Below the pieces are notes generated by a model, which saw nothing but the letters and a program-made list of their open reading frames with translations, was not told the origin of the DNA and ran no database searches. Source: Bacteroidia bacterium (GTDB taxonomy: Bacteria; Bacteroidota; Bacteroidia; NS11-12g; UBA955). Taken from it: DNA of 58,737 bases. The stretch covers positions 1 to 58,737 of the forward strand of contig JBILJV010000006.1 in NCBI GenBank assembly GCA_044377005.1. Direction: 5' to 3'. Position numbers and translations under genes: made by a program. Within the stretch, counting starts at the first letter, position 1; every line of letters begins with the position of its first letter. Shown here one piece after another: positions 9,467-18,693 of the stretch.

Positions 9467-10342
9467 GTGAAAATTGACTTAAAAATGTTTTTGACGCTCT
9501 TTTTTTTAGGACTTGTTTGGGGCAGCTCCTTTATCCTAATGAAAAAGGGATTAGTTGCTTTTACACCTTTCCAATTGGCCTCATTAAGACTAGTGTTTGC
9601 TGGTAGTGTAGGCGCCTATTTCTTTGTTAGAGAATTTAGTAAACTAAGTAAAAAAGATTGGTTGTTTTTAAGTTTATCAGGGATACTAGGAAACTTAATT
9701 CCTGCTTATCTATTTGCGAGTGCAGGAGCTGAAATCCCAAGTTCTTTATCGGGAGCATTGAATGCAATGACGCCATTTTTTGCACTATTAACAGGAGTTT
9801 TTTTGTTTTCACAACTTTTTAAGGTATCTCAAGCCATAGGAATAATAATTGGTTTAGCAGGTTCATTGCTTCTTATATTTTCTAAAACTAAAGATGGGTT
9901 TCAGTTTGAAATAGATTATTTGATTCCATGTTCTAAAGTTATTTTAGCAGCTTTTTTATATGGCATCAATGTTAATATTATCAAATCAAAATTAAGCCAC
10001 AATACTGCTATTGTAAATAGCATGATTCCCTTAAGTATTGTTTCAATTCCGGCATTAATAATAGCATTACAGACAGGTGCATTTAATGTGGCAATGCAAG
10101 AAGAATCTCTTAAACCACTTTTATATATATTTTTATTAGGCGTAATTGGTTCAGCCATTTCACTCATTGTTTTTAACACATTAGTTAAAAAAACGACTGC
10201 TATTTTTGCGGCTTCTGTCACTTATCTAATACCTATATTCGCTTATTTTTGGGGTATTTTGGATGGTGAACCAATTGGTTTATTTCAGGTATCAGGTATG
10301 TTATTAATTTTACTAGGAATTACATTAGCGCGTAGATCATGA
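9467..10342 (+). CDS. DMT/EamA family transporter
   Basis: WGSSF start motif, about 10 TM helices in two repeats, YLIPIFA..WG. Confidence 0.9.
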   Translation: MKIDLKMFLTLFFLGLVWGSSFILMKKGLVAFTPFQLASLRLVFAGSVGAYFFVREFSKLSKKDWLFLSLSGILGNLIPAYLFASAGAEIPSSLSGALNAMTPFFALLTGVFLFSQLFKVSQAIGIIIGLAGSLLLIFSKTKDGFQFEIDYLIPCSKVILAAFLYGINVNIIKSKLSHNTAIVNSMIPLSIVSIPALIIALQTGAFNVAMQEESLKPLLYIFLLGVIGSAISLIVFNTLVKKTTAIFAASVTYLIPIFAYFWGILDGEPIGLFQVSGMLLILLGITLARRS

Positions 10343-11688
10343 TTCAATTACCTAATGGTTTTAAACAAAGATTACGCCATCAATTGGGTGAACAAGCATA
10401 TATAGAATTTGAAGCATCTCTAAACAAAGAAACTCCAGTTTCTTTAAGAATAAATAAAAAGAAGTTAAATACTGAACTAAATTACTCAAAAGTAAATTGG
10501 TGTTCTACAGGCTATTATTTGCCTGAGCGACCTTTATTTGTATCTGACCCACTTTGGCATGCAGGGGCATATTATGTTCAAGAAGCTTCGAGTATGGTTT
10601 TAGAACAAGCCTTTAATAAAATTATAGAACTCAATGATAAAGACTTAAAAGTTTTAGATTTATGTGCTGCACCTGGAGGAAAATCGACTCATCTATCTTC
10701 ATTACTCAAAGATAATGATATTTTACTAAGTAATGAAGTTATCCAAACAAGGGTTCCAGTTTTAAAAGAAAATTTATTGAAATGGGGATTTCCCAATACC
10801 ATAATTTGTAACAATGATAGTCGTGATTTTTCACAACTTGGCGAAATATTTGATATTGTAGTTGTAGATGCACCTTGTAGTGGTGAAGGCTTATTTAGAA
10901 AAGACCCACATGCTACAGAGCAATGGACAGAAGATAATGTAACAACTTGTGAATTAAGGCAGAAAAGAATATTGCAAGAGGTTATTAATTGCGTTAAAAA
11001 GGGTGGATTTATTATATACAGTACATGCACCTATAACCCAGGAGAAAACCAAGCTCAAGTTGAATATTTAACAACAAAAGGCTTTCAAACTGTTCCATTT
11101 TCATTTGCAGGGAAATTAGAAAGTTCATACCAATTAATGCCACATACCCATCAAGGTGAAGGGTTTTTTATTGCATTACTACAAAAAATAGAGACTCATA
11201 CTGAGGGATCAATAGAGCGAGATGAAACCCAAATAAAGACAGAAAAGTTGGGTATTGAGTGGAAAAAATTAATGAACGTCGATATTGAATTTATTAAATT
11301 TAGAAATGAAATGACGGCTGTAAAACCACCTTTATTAGATTTTTACAAGACAATTTCAAAACAATTAAAAATAGTTCAATTAGGCACGAGTGTTGGGACA
11401 CAAAATCAACAACTGATGATTCCATCTGGTGAACTTGTTTTTTCACAACATTTTAATATTGAGTATTGGCCAAGTATAGAACTAACGATAGAACAAGCTT
11501 TGCTATATATAAGTAAACAAACAATTCCTTATTCCAGTTCAAACAAGGGTTATGTAACCTTAACTTATAAAAACATTCCAATTGGTTTAGGAAAATTTGC
11601 AGGGAATAGAATTAATAATTTATTTCCGAATGAATGGCGTTTAAGAAAACAGATAAAACAAGAAGAAATTTTTACTATTTTACCTTAA
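10339..11688 (+). CDS. RsmB/RsmF-family RNA (cytosine-C5) methyltransferase
   Basis: YYVQEASSM, VLDLCAAPGGKS, VDAPCSGEG, YSTCT; RsmF-type C-terminal domain. Confidence 0.92.
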   Translation: MIQLPNGFKQRLRHQLGEQAYIEFEASLNKETPVSLRINKKKLNTELNYSKVNWCSTGYYLPERPLFVSDPLWHAGAYYVQEASSMVLEQAFNKIIELNDKDLKVLDLCAAPGGKSTHLSSLLKDNDILLSNEVIQTRVPVLKENLLKWGFPNTIICNNDSRDFSQLGEIFDIVVVDAPCSGEGLFRKDPHATEQWTEDNVTTCELRQKRILQEVINCVKKGGFIIYSTCTYNPGENQAQVEYLTTKGFQTVPFSFAGKLESSYQLMPHTHQGEGFFIALLQKIETHTEGSIERDETQIKTEKLGIEWKKLMNVDIEFIKFRNEMTAVKPPLLDFYKTISKQLKIVQLGTSVGTQNQQLMIPSGELVFSQHFNIEYWPSIELTIEQALLYISKQTIPYSSSNKGYVTLTYKNIPIGLGKFAGNRINNLFPNEWRLRKQIKQEEIFTILP

Positions 11689-11963
11689 ATATTCTGTTAT
11701 TAATATACAGAATTAATAAGATAATGGATTCATAAAATAAACAAACTATGCTGTTTGATAGTACAATTGTATTGTTTTTGTATTAATAAATATTAAAATA
11801 TTATTCATTCGTAAAACAATGGTATTTCAATTATTAATTATAACTTATTGAATATATGATAATTAATATAAAATATAGTAGTGATATCTCAAAATAATTC
11901 TATATTAACATATAAATACTCAAATTTTTATTAAATTTAATTAAAAATAAGTACAATAAGCAT

Positions 11964-11971
11964 TATGTTTG
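11964..11971 (+). promoter_or_regulatory. -7 box (TATGTTTG)
   Basis: Exact TAnnTTTG upstream of ATG 12007, at the end of a roughly 300-bp extremely AT-rich spacer. Confidence 0.5.
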
Positions 11972-12006
11972 TAATCACAATATAACACAAATTTCCTTAA
12001 ACGTGT

Positions 12007-13179
12007 ATGTTTAGTAACGAAAGTATTAATTTAGAGATATTAAAAGAGAGAGCTTATAATTTAAGATGGGCCACTCATAACGAGGGAGTTATTCCACTAA
12101 CGGCTGCTGATCCCGATTTTCCATGTGCACCTGAAATAAGTGAAGCCATACAAAAATATGCAAAAGAGCGTTATTTTTCTTATTCACCTGTTGAAGGGAT
12201 CCCTAAGTTTCGTGAAGCTGTAGCTCGTTATTATTTAAACAAAAGACAAGTTGATATTCACCCAAAAAATGTTTTAGCTGTAAACAGTGCTGCCTATGGC
12301 TTGTATGCTGTATGTAAAACATTTCTAACTTTAGGTGATGAAGCTATTGTTTTTAATCCTTGTGATTTTTTATTTGCCCATTCTGTTAGAGCTGCAAATG
12401 GCAAAGTTGTCCCCTTTTCTATTCCTTTAAATCCTAATGAAAATTTGGACATTAATGCATTAAAATCTTTAATCAACAAACAAACAAAACTGATTTGCAT
12501 TTGCAACCCTATTAATCCAACGGGTAGAGTTCTCAACAGTTATGAATTAAAGCAAATTGGCGAACTCGCTGTTACTCACAATCTCATTATTTTATCAGAT
12601 GAGATATGGAGTGACATTGTTTTTGAACCATTTCAGTACAAAAGTATTGCTTCTATAAATGAGGCAATTAAAAATCAAACAATTATTGTAACGGGTTACA
12701 GCAAATCATATGGATTAGCTGGACTAAGAGTAGGTAGTGTTATAGCACCAAATGAAGCTTTATTTACCAAAATACTAAATGAATCGGAGCACAACTCAAC
12801 TGTAAATGGTTGTAATGTATTGGCTCAAGTTGCGGTTATTAGCGCCTTAAATGAATGTGACTATTGGTTAACTTCATTTATTGAACATTTAAGCAAAATG
12901 AGAAATTTGTGTGTTAATGAACTCAATTTAATAAAAGGAATTCATTGCAATGCACCACAAGGTTGTTATTTGGCATTTCCCAATATCAGTGAAACAGGAC
13001 TGAATGAAACACAAGTCCATCAATTGCTGCTCGAGAAAGCGCATGTAGCTATTGTTCCGGGATTAAGCAAATGGTTTGGAGAAAGAGCGCAAGGTCACAT
13101 TAGATTAAGTTTTGCAACTTCTGAAAAAATATTAACAGAAGCTTTACAAAGGATACAATTTACATTCAAACAATTATGA
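12007..13179 (+). CDS. PLP-dependent class I/II aminotransferase, MalY/PatB (C-S lyase)-like
   Basis: IPLTAADPDF (cf. PatB LPMWVADMDF), CNPINPTG, SDEIW, Schiff-base lysine in YSKSYGLAGLR, IRLSFA. Confidence 0.88.
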   Translation: MFSNESINLEILKERAYNLRWATHNEGVIPLTAADPDFPCAPEISEAIQKYAKERYFSYSPVEGIPKFREAVARYYLNKRQVDIHPKNVLAVNSAAYGLYAVCKTFLTLGDEAIVFNPCDFLFAHSVRAANGKVVPFSIPLNPNENLDINALKSLINKQTKLICICNPINPTGRVLNSYELKQIGELAVTHNLIILSDEIWSDIVFEPFQYKSIASINEAIKNQTIIVTGYSKSYGLAGLRVGSVIAPNEALFTKILNESEHNSTVNGCNVLAQVAVISALNECDYWLTSFIEHLSKMRNLCVNELNLIKGIHCNAPQGCYLAFPNISETGLNETQVHQLLLEKAHVAIVPGLSKWFGERAQGHIRLSFATSEKILTEALQRIQFTFKQL

Positions 13180-15110
13180 AAGTGGTTATTATTGGAGGCG
13201 GAATTGCTGGATTAACATTAGGTGTTTTTTTACATCAAAATGGGCATAATATTTCCATAAATGAACGCAGTCATAAAAACCAACGCAATGGTCATGCTTT
13301 TTTACTTCATCCAGATGCAATGGATATTTTACAAAAGCTATCTTTAACAAATCAGAAAATTGAATTTCCCGGTCAAATTATTGATGAAATCAGACTAAAT
13401 AAGGCTGACAATAATGCATTATTGCAACGTACAGATTTAGAATCATGGATTTGTATGAAAAGATGTGATATCCTTAACTTCATCAATCATTTTTTACCAC
13501 AGGATACCATTCAATTTGACCGCAATTATAAAAATTTTATATACAAAAATAACCGTGTTGTTGCTGTTGAATTTGAGAATGGTGACATTGAATATGGCGA
13601 CGTTTTTATTGGTGCAGATGGAGTAAAGTCAAAAGTACGAAATAGTCTTTTTGGTGAGGTTGAATTTTCTAAAACCGAAGTTAGAGAAATTGTAGGCATT
13701 ATCAAAAACGCTGACATAACTCAAAAATCACCAAATACTTTTACTAAAATAAACTGCTTACAACAAGGTATTGCTTTTGGCTATATTCCATGTTCAAATG
13801 ATGAGATGGTTTGGTATATCCAATACGATGTTAGGTTACAAAAAGCTGAATTTGACGGGCCAGAATCTATAAAAAATCACTGTTTATCATTATTAGAACA
13901 ATTTCCTGATGAAGTTCGTAACCTTTTGTCATTTAATGATTTTTCAAAGAATTTTTTATGGCAATCTACAGATTTTGATTTGTTACCTATCTTTCACAAA
14001 GACAATGTTGTTCTTATTGGAGATGCAGCACATGTCGCTTTACCATTTACAAGTGCTGGCACTACCAATGCACTTATTGATGCTTATACATTGTCCCATC
14101 TACTTCAACAAAATCCTACCATTACTGGAGCATTTAATCAGTTTTATGAGACAAGAGCGCCAAGAATCAAAGAACATATTTCACTGGGAAGGGAAATTAA
14201 AAATAATTTTTTAGACAATACTAACCAAACTGTTAAAACTCCTCTTATCCAAAATCTTAAAAAAGAGGAGGAAATCAATGTTAACTCTAAAATAGAAATT
14301 TCATACTTCACAGACCCTGTTTGCTCAACCTGCTGGATAGTTCAACCTCAATTGAGAAAATTGTCCTTAAAATATGGTGAGTACTTTGAAGTAAAATATC
14401 TGTTGGGCGGTCTTCTTCCGAGTTGGGACGAGTTAAAAGGCAAAATGGGACGCATTAAACAACCGTCTGATGCGGCTGACTATTGGGAAGAGGTTTCTAA
14501 ATCACAAAAAATGCCATTGTCTCCAGATATTTGGATCAATTCTCCTTTGTCTTCGTCATTTCCACCCTCAATAAGTATTAAGGCTGCACAAATGCAAAAT
14601 AAATTAAAAGCCTACCAATTTCATAGAAGGATTAAAGAGCTTTTATTTTTGGAAAGCAAAAACATTACAGATATTGAATTGCTTTTACATACGGCAGAGG
14701 AAGTTGGTTTAGATGTCATTAAACTTAAAGAGGATATGAAATTAAATGCAATTAAAAAATTCAATGAAGACCTTGAATATGCCTCTGAACTCAAAATTCA
14801 TACGCTTCCAACCTTTATCTTTAAAAATGAATTTGGTGCTGAAAAAACTTTAAAGGGATATCAAGAATACGAAGTTTTGGAAAAAGCTATACTTGATTTA
14901 AATCCATTAGCTGTTAAAAACAATACCAAACGTCAACCTATTGAGTTATTTAATATTTACCCAAGCATGACTGCTCATGAGTTTTCATATCTTTTAGAAA
15001 TCAATATCCTTGAAGCTGAGAATATCCTAATAAACCTAGAGCACTCAGGAATTGTAGGTAAAAAGAAAAACAAGTCTGGAGATATTTGGAAATTAAAATT
15101 TAAAAATTAG
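13176..15110 (+). CDS. Fusion: group A FAD-dependent monooxygenase + DsbA/YjbH(SpxH)-like CxxC thioredoxin-fold domain
   Basis: N-terminal GGGIAG, IGADG and LIGDAAH..P..SAG motifs; after a linker FTDPVCSTCW...QLRKL, SSFPPSISIKAA and cis-Pro motif TLPT; short helical C-terminal domain. ATGA overlap with the upstream gene. Confidence 0.85.
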   Translation: MKVVIIGGGIAGLTLGVFLHQNGHNISINERSHKNQRNGHAFLLHPDAMDILQKLSLTNQKIEFPGQIIDEIRLNKADNNALLQRTDLESWICMKRCDILNFINHFLPQDTIQFDRNYKNFIYKNNRVVAVEFENGDIEYGDVFIGADGVKSKVRNSLFGEVEFSKTEVREIVGIIKNADITQKSPNTFTKINCLQQGIAFGYIPCSNDEMVWYIQYDVRLQKAEFDGPESIKNHCLSLLEQFPDEVRNLLSFNDFSKNFLWQSTDFDLLPIFHKDNVVLIGDAAHVALPFTSAGTTNALIDAYTLSHLLQQNPTITGAFNQFYETRAPRIKEHISLGREIKNNFLDNTNQTVKTPLIQNLKKEEEINVNSKIEISYFTDPVCSTCWIVQPQLRKLSLKYGEYFEVKYLLGGLLPSWDELKGKMGRIKQPSDAADYWEEVSKSQKMPLSPDIWINSPLSSSFPPSISIKAAQMQNKLKAYQFHRRIKELLFLESKNITDIELLLHTAEEVGLDVIKLKEDMKLNAIKKFNEDLEYASELKIHTLPTFIFKNEFGAEKTLKGYQEYEVLEKAILDLNPLAVKNNTKRQPIELFNIYPSMTAHEFSYLLEINILEAENILINLEHSGIVGKKKNKSGDIWKLKFKN

Positions 15111-16384
15111 TATTTTAATGGCAATGTAATGCTGAATTCAGAACCTTTGTTTAAGGCACTTGAATAAGCAATAGTTCCATTTAACAATTCTACAAACTGT
15201 TTTACAATAGTTAAACCCAATCCTGTTCCTACTATTCCTATTACATTTGAAGCTCTGAAAAAACTTTCAAATAAATGCACTTGTTCATCTTCTGGAATTC
15301 CTATACCTTGGTCAATAATTGAAATTTTAATTTCAGATGAAAATGGTTCAACAATCAAATTAACTGTAGAATTCTCCGCTGAATATTTTAAAGCATTATC
15401 AAGTAAATTAGATATTACGTGGGTTAAAATTTGTGAGTCACTATTAATATCTAATGGAGTATTAGGCATTTTTAAAACGATGCGATTGGATTCTAATTTC
15501 TTTGAATAATATTCGTTAAGGAAATTAGTTATAAATAATGAAAGTGAAAAAAGAGAAGGATTAAAAGTATACTTTCCTAAAGATTGTTTTTCTAAAATTA
15601 AAGTGTCATTTAACAAAATTACCATTCTGTTAATTTCCTTTTTAATTCTATTAATGTGTTTTTCGTATTTCTCTGCAAGTTTCAAATTAGGTATTTCACT
15701 AATGTACATTTCCATTAATTCTGTACTTCCTGAAATGGTAGAAAGGGGTGTTCTAAACTCGTGAGAAGCGGTTGTCACAAAACGAGACTTTAACTTATTT
15801 ACCTCCTTTTCAGAATTTAATGCTGCCTTCAATCGGTTATTTGCCATCTGAACTTCAGCCTGTTGCTTTTGCATAGCAATTACATTTCCTATTGTAGAGG
15901 CAAGTACTAATAAAGCATCCTGCTGACTTTCAGTGAAAGTATCATCTGATTGACAATTATCAAAACCAACCCATCCCCAAAATAATTCATTAGAATAAAT
16001 AGGAACAAATAATACTGCTTTTATATCTTGCGATTGAAGCGTTTCTCTAAAAAAATCATCCTTTATGTCTTTTACTATTGCACTGTATGTTTTTCTTTCT
16101 AACATAACCAAATGCAAATCGGCAAAAATTGACCAAGGTAAATCTTGTAATTCAGGATTATCTAGCTGTATACTTATGTTCTCTTTGGTCCACTCATATC
16201 TTTGTGAAAAAATTTCTTCATTATCACTGTTTTGAAAATTTTGAAAAATATAAACCCTGTCAACATCTGTTGCTTTGCCCAAAATACCCAATACATTAGT
16301 TATGGAACTTTCCAAACTATTGTTACTTGACAAAGTAAAATAAGCCTGACCAAGTGCATTTAATATTTTTTCACTTCTTTTCAT
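15107..16384 (-). CDS. Cytoplasmic GAF-domain sensor histidine kinase
   Basis: GAF (DVDRVYIF...WGWVGFD), H-box ASHEFRTPL, N-box NLLDNALKYS, DQGIGI, FFRASN, GTGLGL; no TM segment. Start moved to ATG 16384. Confidence 0.92.
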   Translation of the reverse strand: MKRSEKILNALGQAYFTLSSNNSLESSITNVLGILGKATDVDRVYIFQNFQNSDNEEIFSQRYEWTKENISIQLDNPELQDLPWSIFADLHLVMLERKTYSAIVKDIKDDFFRETLQSQDIKAVLFVPIYSNELFWGWVGFDNCQSDDTFTESQQDALLVLASTIGNVIAMQKQQAEVQMANNRLKAALNSEKEVNKLKSRFVTTASHEFRTPLSTISGSTELMEMYISEIPNLKLAEKYEKHINRIKKEINRMVILLNDTLILEKQSLGKYTFNPSLFSLSLFITNFLNEYYSKKLESNRIVLKMPNTPLDINSDSQILTHVISNLLDNALKYSAENSTVNLIVEPFSSEIKISIIDQGIGIPEDEQVHLFESFFRASNVIGIVGTGLGLTIVKQFVELLNGTIAYSSALNKGSEFSITLPLKY

Positions 16385-16392
16385 TGAATGCA

Positions 16393-16400
16393 CAAAACTA
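16393..16400 (-). promoter_or_regulatory. -7 box (TAGTTTTG)
   Basis: Exact TAnnTTTG, 8 nt before ATG 16384. Confidence 0.55.
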
Positions 16401-16445
16401 ACACAATTTAATTTACAAATTAATTGAAAGCAAAATAAATATTAA

Positions 16446-18566
16446 CTATGCTATTTTACTACCCGGACTTATAGCAGTGCCTCCCGGTTGCATTAGCTTA
16501 AGTGAACCATCTTCATTTTCAGCAAGTAACAGCATTCCATTACTTTCTATCCCTTTAATTTTTCGTGGCGCCAAATTCGCTAATACACAAACTTGTTGCC
16601 CTATTAATTCACTTGGTGTAAAATGTAAAGCTATCCCCGAAACTATAGTGCGTTGCTCAAAACCTAAATCTACTTTTAATTTTAATAATTTATCTGCTTT
16701 CTCAACTTTTTCTGCTTCCAATATTATACCTACTCTTAAATCAATTTTACTGAAATCATCAAAAGAAATCAATGGTTTTAATTCAGATTGAGATACTTCT
16801 TTTGTTTCTAAAACTGAAGCTGCAATCATTGTTTTTGACTCTTCTAAATACTTTACTTGTTTTTGAATAATATCATCTTCTATATTACTGAATAAATGGG
16901 CTGATTGACCTAATGTGTGTCCTGATTGTAATTGAACAAAGCTATTATTCACATAATTTTCTTTTTGTATATTCAATTGGTTTCTTAATTTTTGAGAAGA
17001 AAAAGGCATGAATGCATCCATCCACCAAGACAAGGTAGCACATACTTGAATGGCATTAAACAAAACTGTTGCCGTTCTTGTTTCGTCTGTTTTAACCAAT
17101 TTCCAAGGCTCCATTTCTGCCAAGTATTTATTTCCAGCACGAGCTATATTCATCAGTGCAAACAATCCGTCTCTGAATTTAAAATGACGTATAGAATGGT
17201 CTATTTCCTCTTGGAATAACTGAATATCCTTTATTAATTGTTGGTCTATTTCTAACAAATTACTTGCAACAGGCACTACCCCTTCATAATATTTATGAGA
17301 CAGTACCATCACTCTGTTTATAAAATTGCCTAAAATTGCAACCAATTCACTGTTATTTCTGGTTTGAAAATCTTTCCAACTAAAGTCTGCATCTTTGGTT
17401 TCTGGTGCTATAGCTGTTAAAACATATCTCAGTACATCTTCTTTGTTTTCAAATTCCTTGAAATAATCTTCCATTTCCACACTCCACTTTCTGCTAGTAC
17501 TCATTTTCTCACCCTCTAAATTTAAAAATTCATTAGCAGGAACATTGTCAGGCAAAATGTAGGATTCTGCAGCCTTTAACATTGTTGGAAAAATAATACA
17601 ATGAAACACGATATTGTCTTTTCCAATAAAATGTATCAAGCGACTGTCATCATTTTGCCACCACTTTTTCCAATCATTAGCTAGTCCACTTTTAATCATT
17701 GAATTTTGTGGGTATGCATAATGAAATGATTTTTCTTCCATTTCTTTGAAAAAAGCTTTAGTAGCAGAAATATACCCAATAGGGGCATCAAACCATACAT
17801 ACAACACTTTTCCTTCAGCACCTTTGATTGGCACTTTTACACCCCAATCAAGATCACGAGTCATGGCACGAGGAGACAAACCGCCATCAATCCAGCTTTT
17901 ACTTTGTCCATAGACATTGGTTTTCCAATCGTCTTTATGTCCTTCGAGTAACCATTCTTTCAACCATGATTCATATTCATTTAATGGCAAATACCAATGT
18001 TTAGTGGTTTTTAAAACAGGGGTTTTATCAGAAAGTGTAGAAACAGGATTAATTAATTCATTTGGGCTTAAAGCTTTACCACACTTTTCGCATTGATCGC
18101 CATACGCACTATGAAAACCACAATTGGGACATGTCCCTTTGATGTATCTGTCTGCTAAAAAGGTTTGTTTTTCTTCGTCGAAATACTGTTCCGAAACCTC
18201 TTCTTTAAACAAGCCTTTTTCATATAGATTTAAGAAAAACTCTTGAGCAGTTTGGTGATGTATTTCGTCACTTGTACGATGATAGACATCGAATGATATA
18301 CCAAGCTTCTCAAAATTTTCTTTTAATAAATGATGGTATCTGTCAATAATATGTTGTGGGCTTGTATTTTCTTTTTGAGCTTGAATAGGGATTGCAGTTC
18401 CATGTTCATCACTTCCACATACAAATAATACTTCTTCTCCCGCATTTCTTAAATAACGGGTATAAATATCAGCAGGAATATAGGCACCAGCCAAATGACC
18501 AATATGTTTAGGGCCATTTGCATATGGCAAAGCCGCTGTCACAAGGGTTCTTTTAAAAGACTTCAT
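16446..18566 (-). CDS. metG: Methionyl-tRNA synthetase with C-terminal tRNA-binding domain
   Basis: ALPYANGPKHIGH, Zn knuckle CPNC...CEKC, YVWFDAPIGY, IGKDN, KMSTS, C-terminal OB fold DLRVG...ESNGM. ATG 18566 preferred over 18578. Confidence 0.97.
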   Translation of the reverse strand: MKSFKRTLVTAALPYANGPKHIGHLAGAYIPADIYTRYLRNAGEEVLFVCGSDEHGTAIPIQAQKENTSPQHIIDRYHHLLKENFEKLGISFDVYHRTSDEIHHQTAQEFFLNLYEKGLFKEEVSEQYFDEEKQTFLADRYIKGTCPNCGFHSAYGDQCEKCGKALSPNELINPVSTLSDKTPVLKTTKHWYLPLNEYESWLKEWLLEGHKDDWKTNVYGQSKSWIDGGLSPRAMTRDLDWGVKVPIKGAEGKVLYVWFDAPIGYISATKAFFKEMEEKSFHYAYPQNSMIKSGLANDWKKWWQNDDSRLIHFIGKDNIVFHCIIFPTMLKAAESYILPDNVPANEFLNLEGEKMSTSRKWSVEMEDYFKEFENKEDVLRYVLTAIAPETKDADFSWKDFQTRNNSELVAILGNFINRVMVLSHKYYEGVVPVASNLLEIDQQLIKDIQLFQEEIDHSIRHFKFRDGLFALMNIARAGNKYLAEMEPWKLVKTDETRTATVLFNAIQVCATLSWWMDAFMPFSSQKLRNQLNIQKENYVNNSFVQLQSGHTLGQSAHLFSNIEDDIIQKQVKYLEESKTMIAASVLETKEVSQSELKPLISFDDFSKIDLRVGIILEAEKVEKADKLLKLKVDLGFEQRTIVSGIALHFTPSELIGQQVCVLANLAPRKIKGIESNGMLLLAENEDGSLKLMQPGGTAISPGSKIA

Positions 18567-18575
18567 AGACAATGG

Positions 18576-18583
18576 CAAAGATA
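18576..18583 (-). promoter_or_regulatory. -7 box (TATCTTTG) of metG
   Basis: Exact TAnnTTTG, 9 nt before ATG 18566. Confidence 0.65.
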
Positions 18584-18672
18584 CATTTAATGGATTAAAC
18601 TAAATATCCCTTCTTTAATTATCTAATATTTGAATAATTCAAATGATGTATTGACGTTTAATCATATATTTC

Positions 18673-18680
18673 TACATTTG
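18673..18680 (+). promoter_or_regulatory. -7 box (TACATTTG)
   Basis: Exact TAnnTTTG upstream of ORF 18694, divergent from metG. Confidence 0.55.
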
Positions 18681-18693
18681 TAGAAAAAAATAA

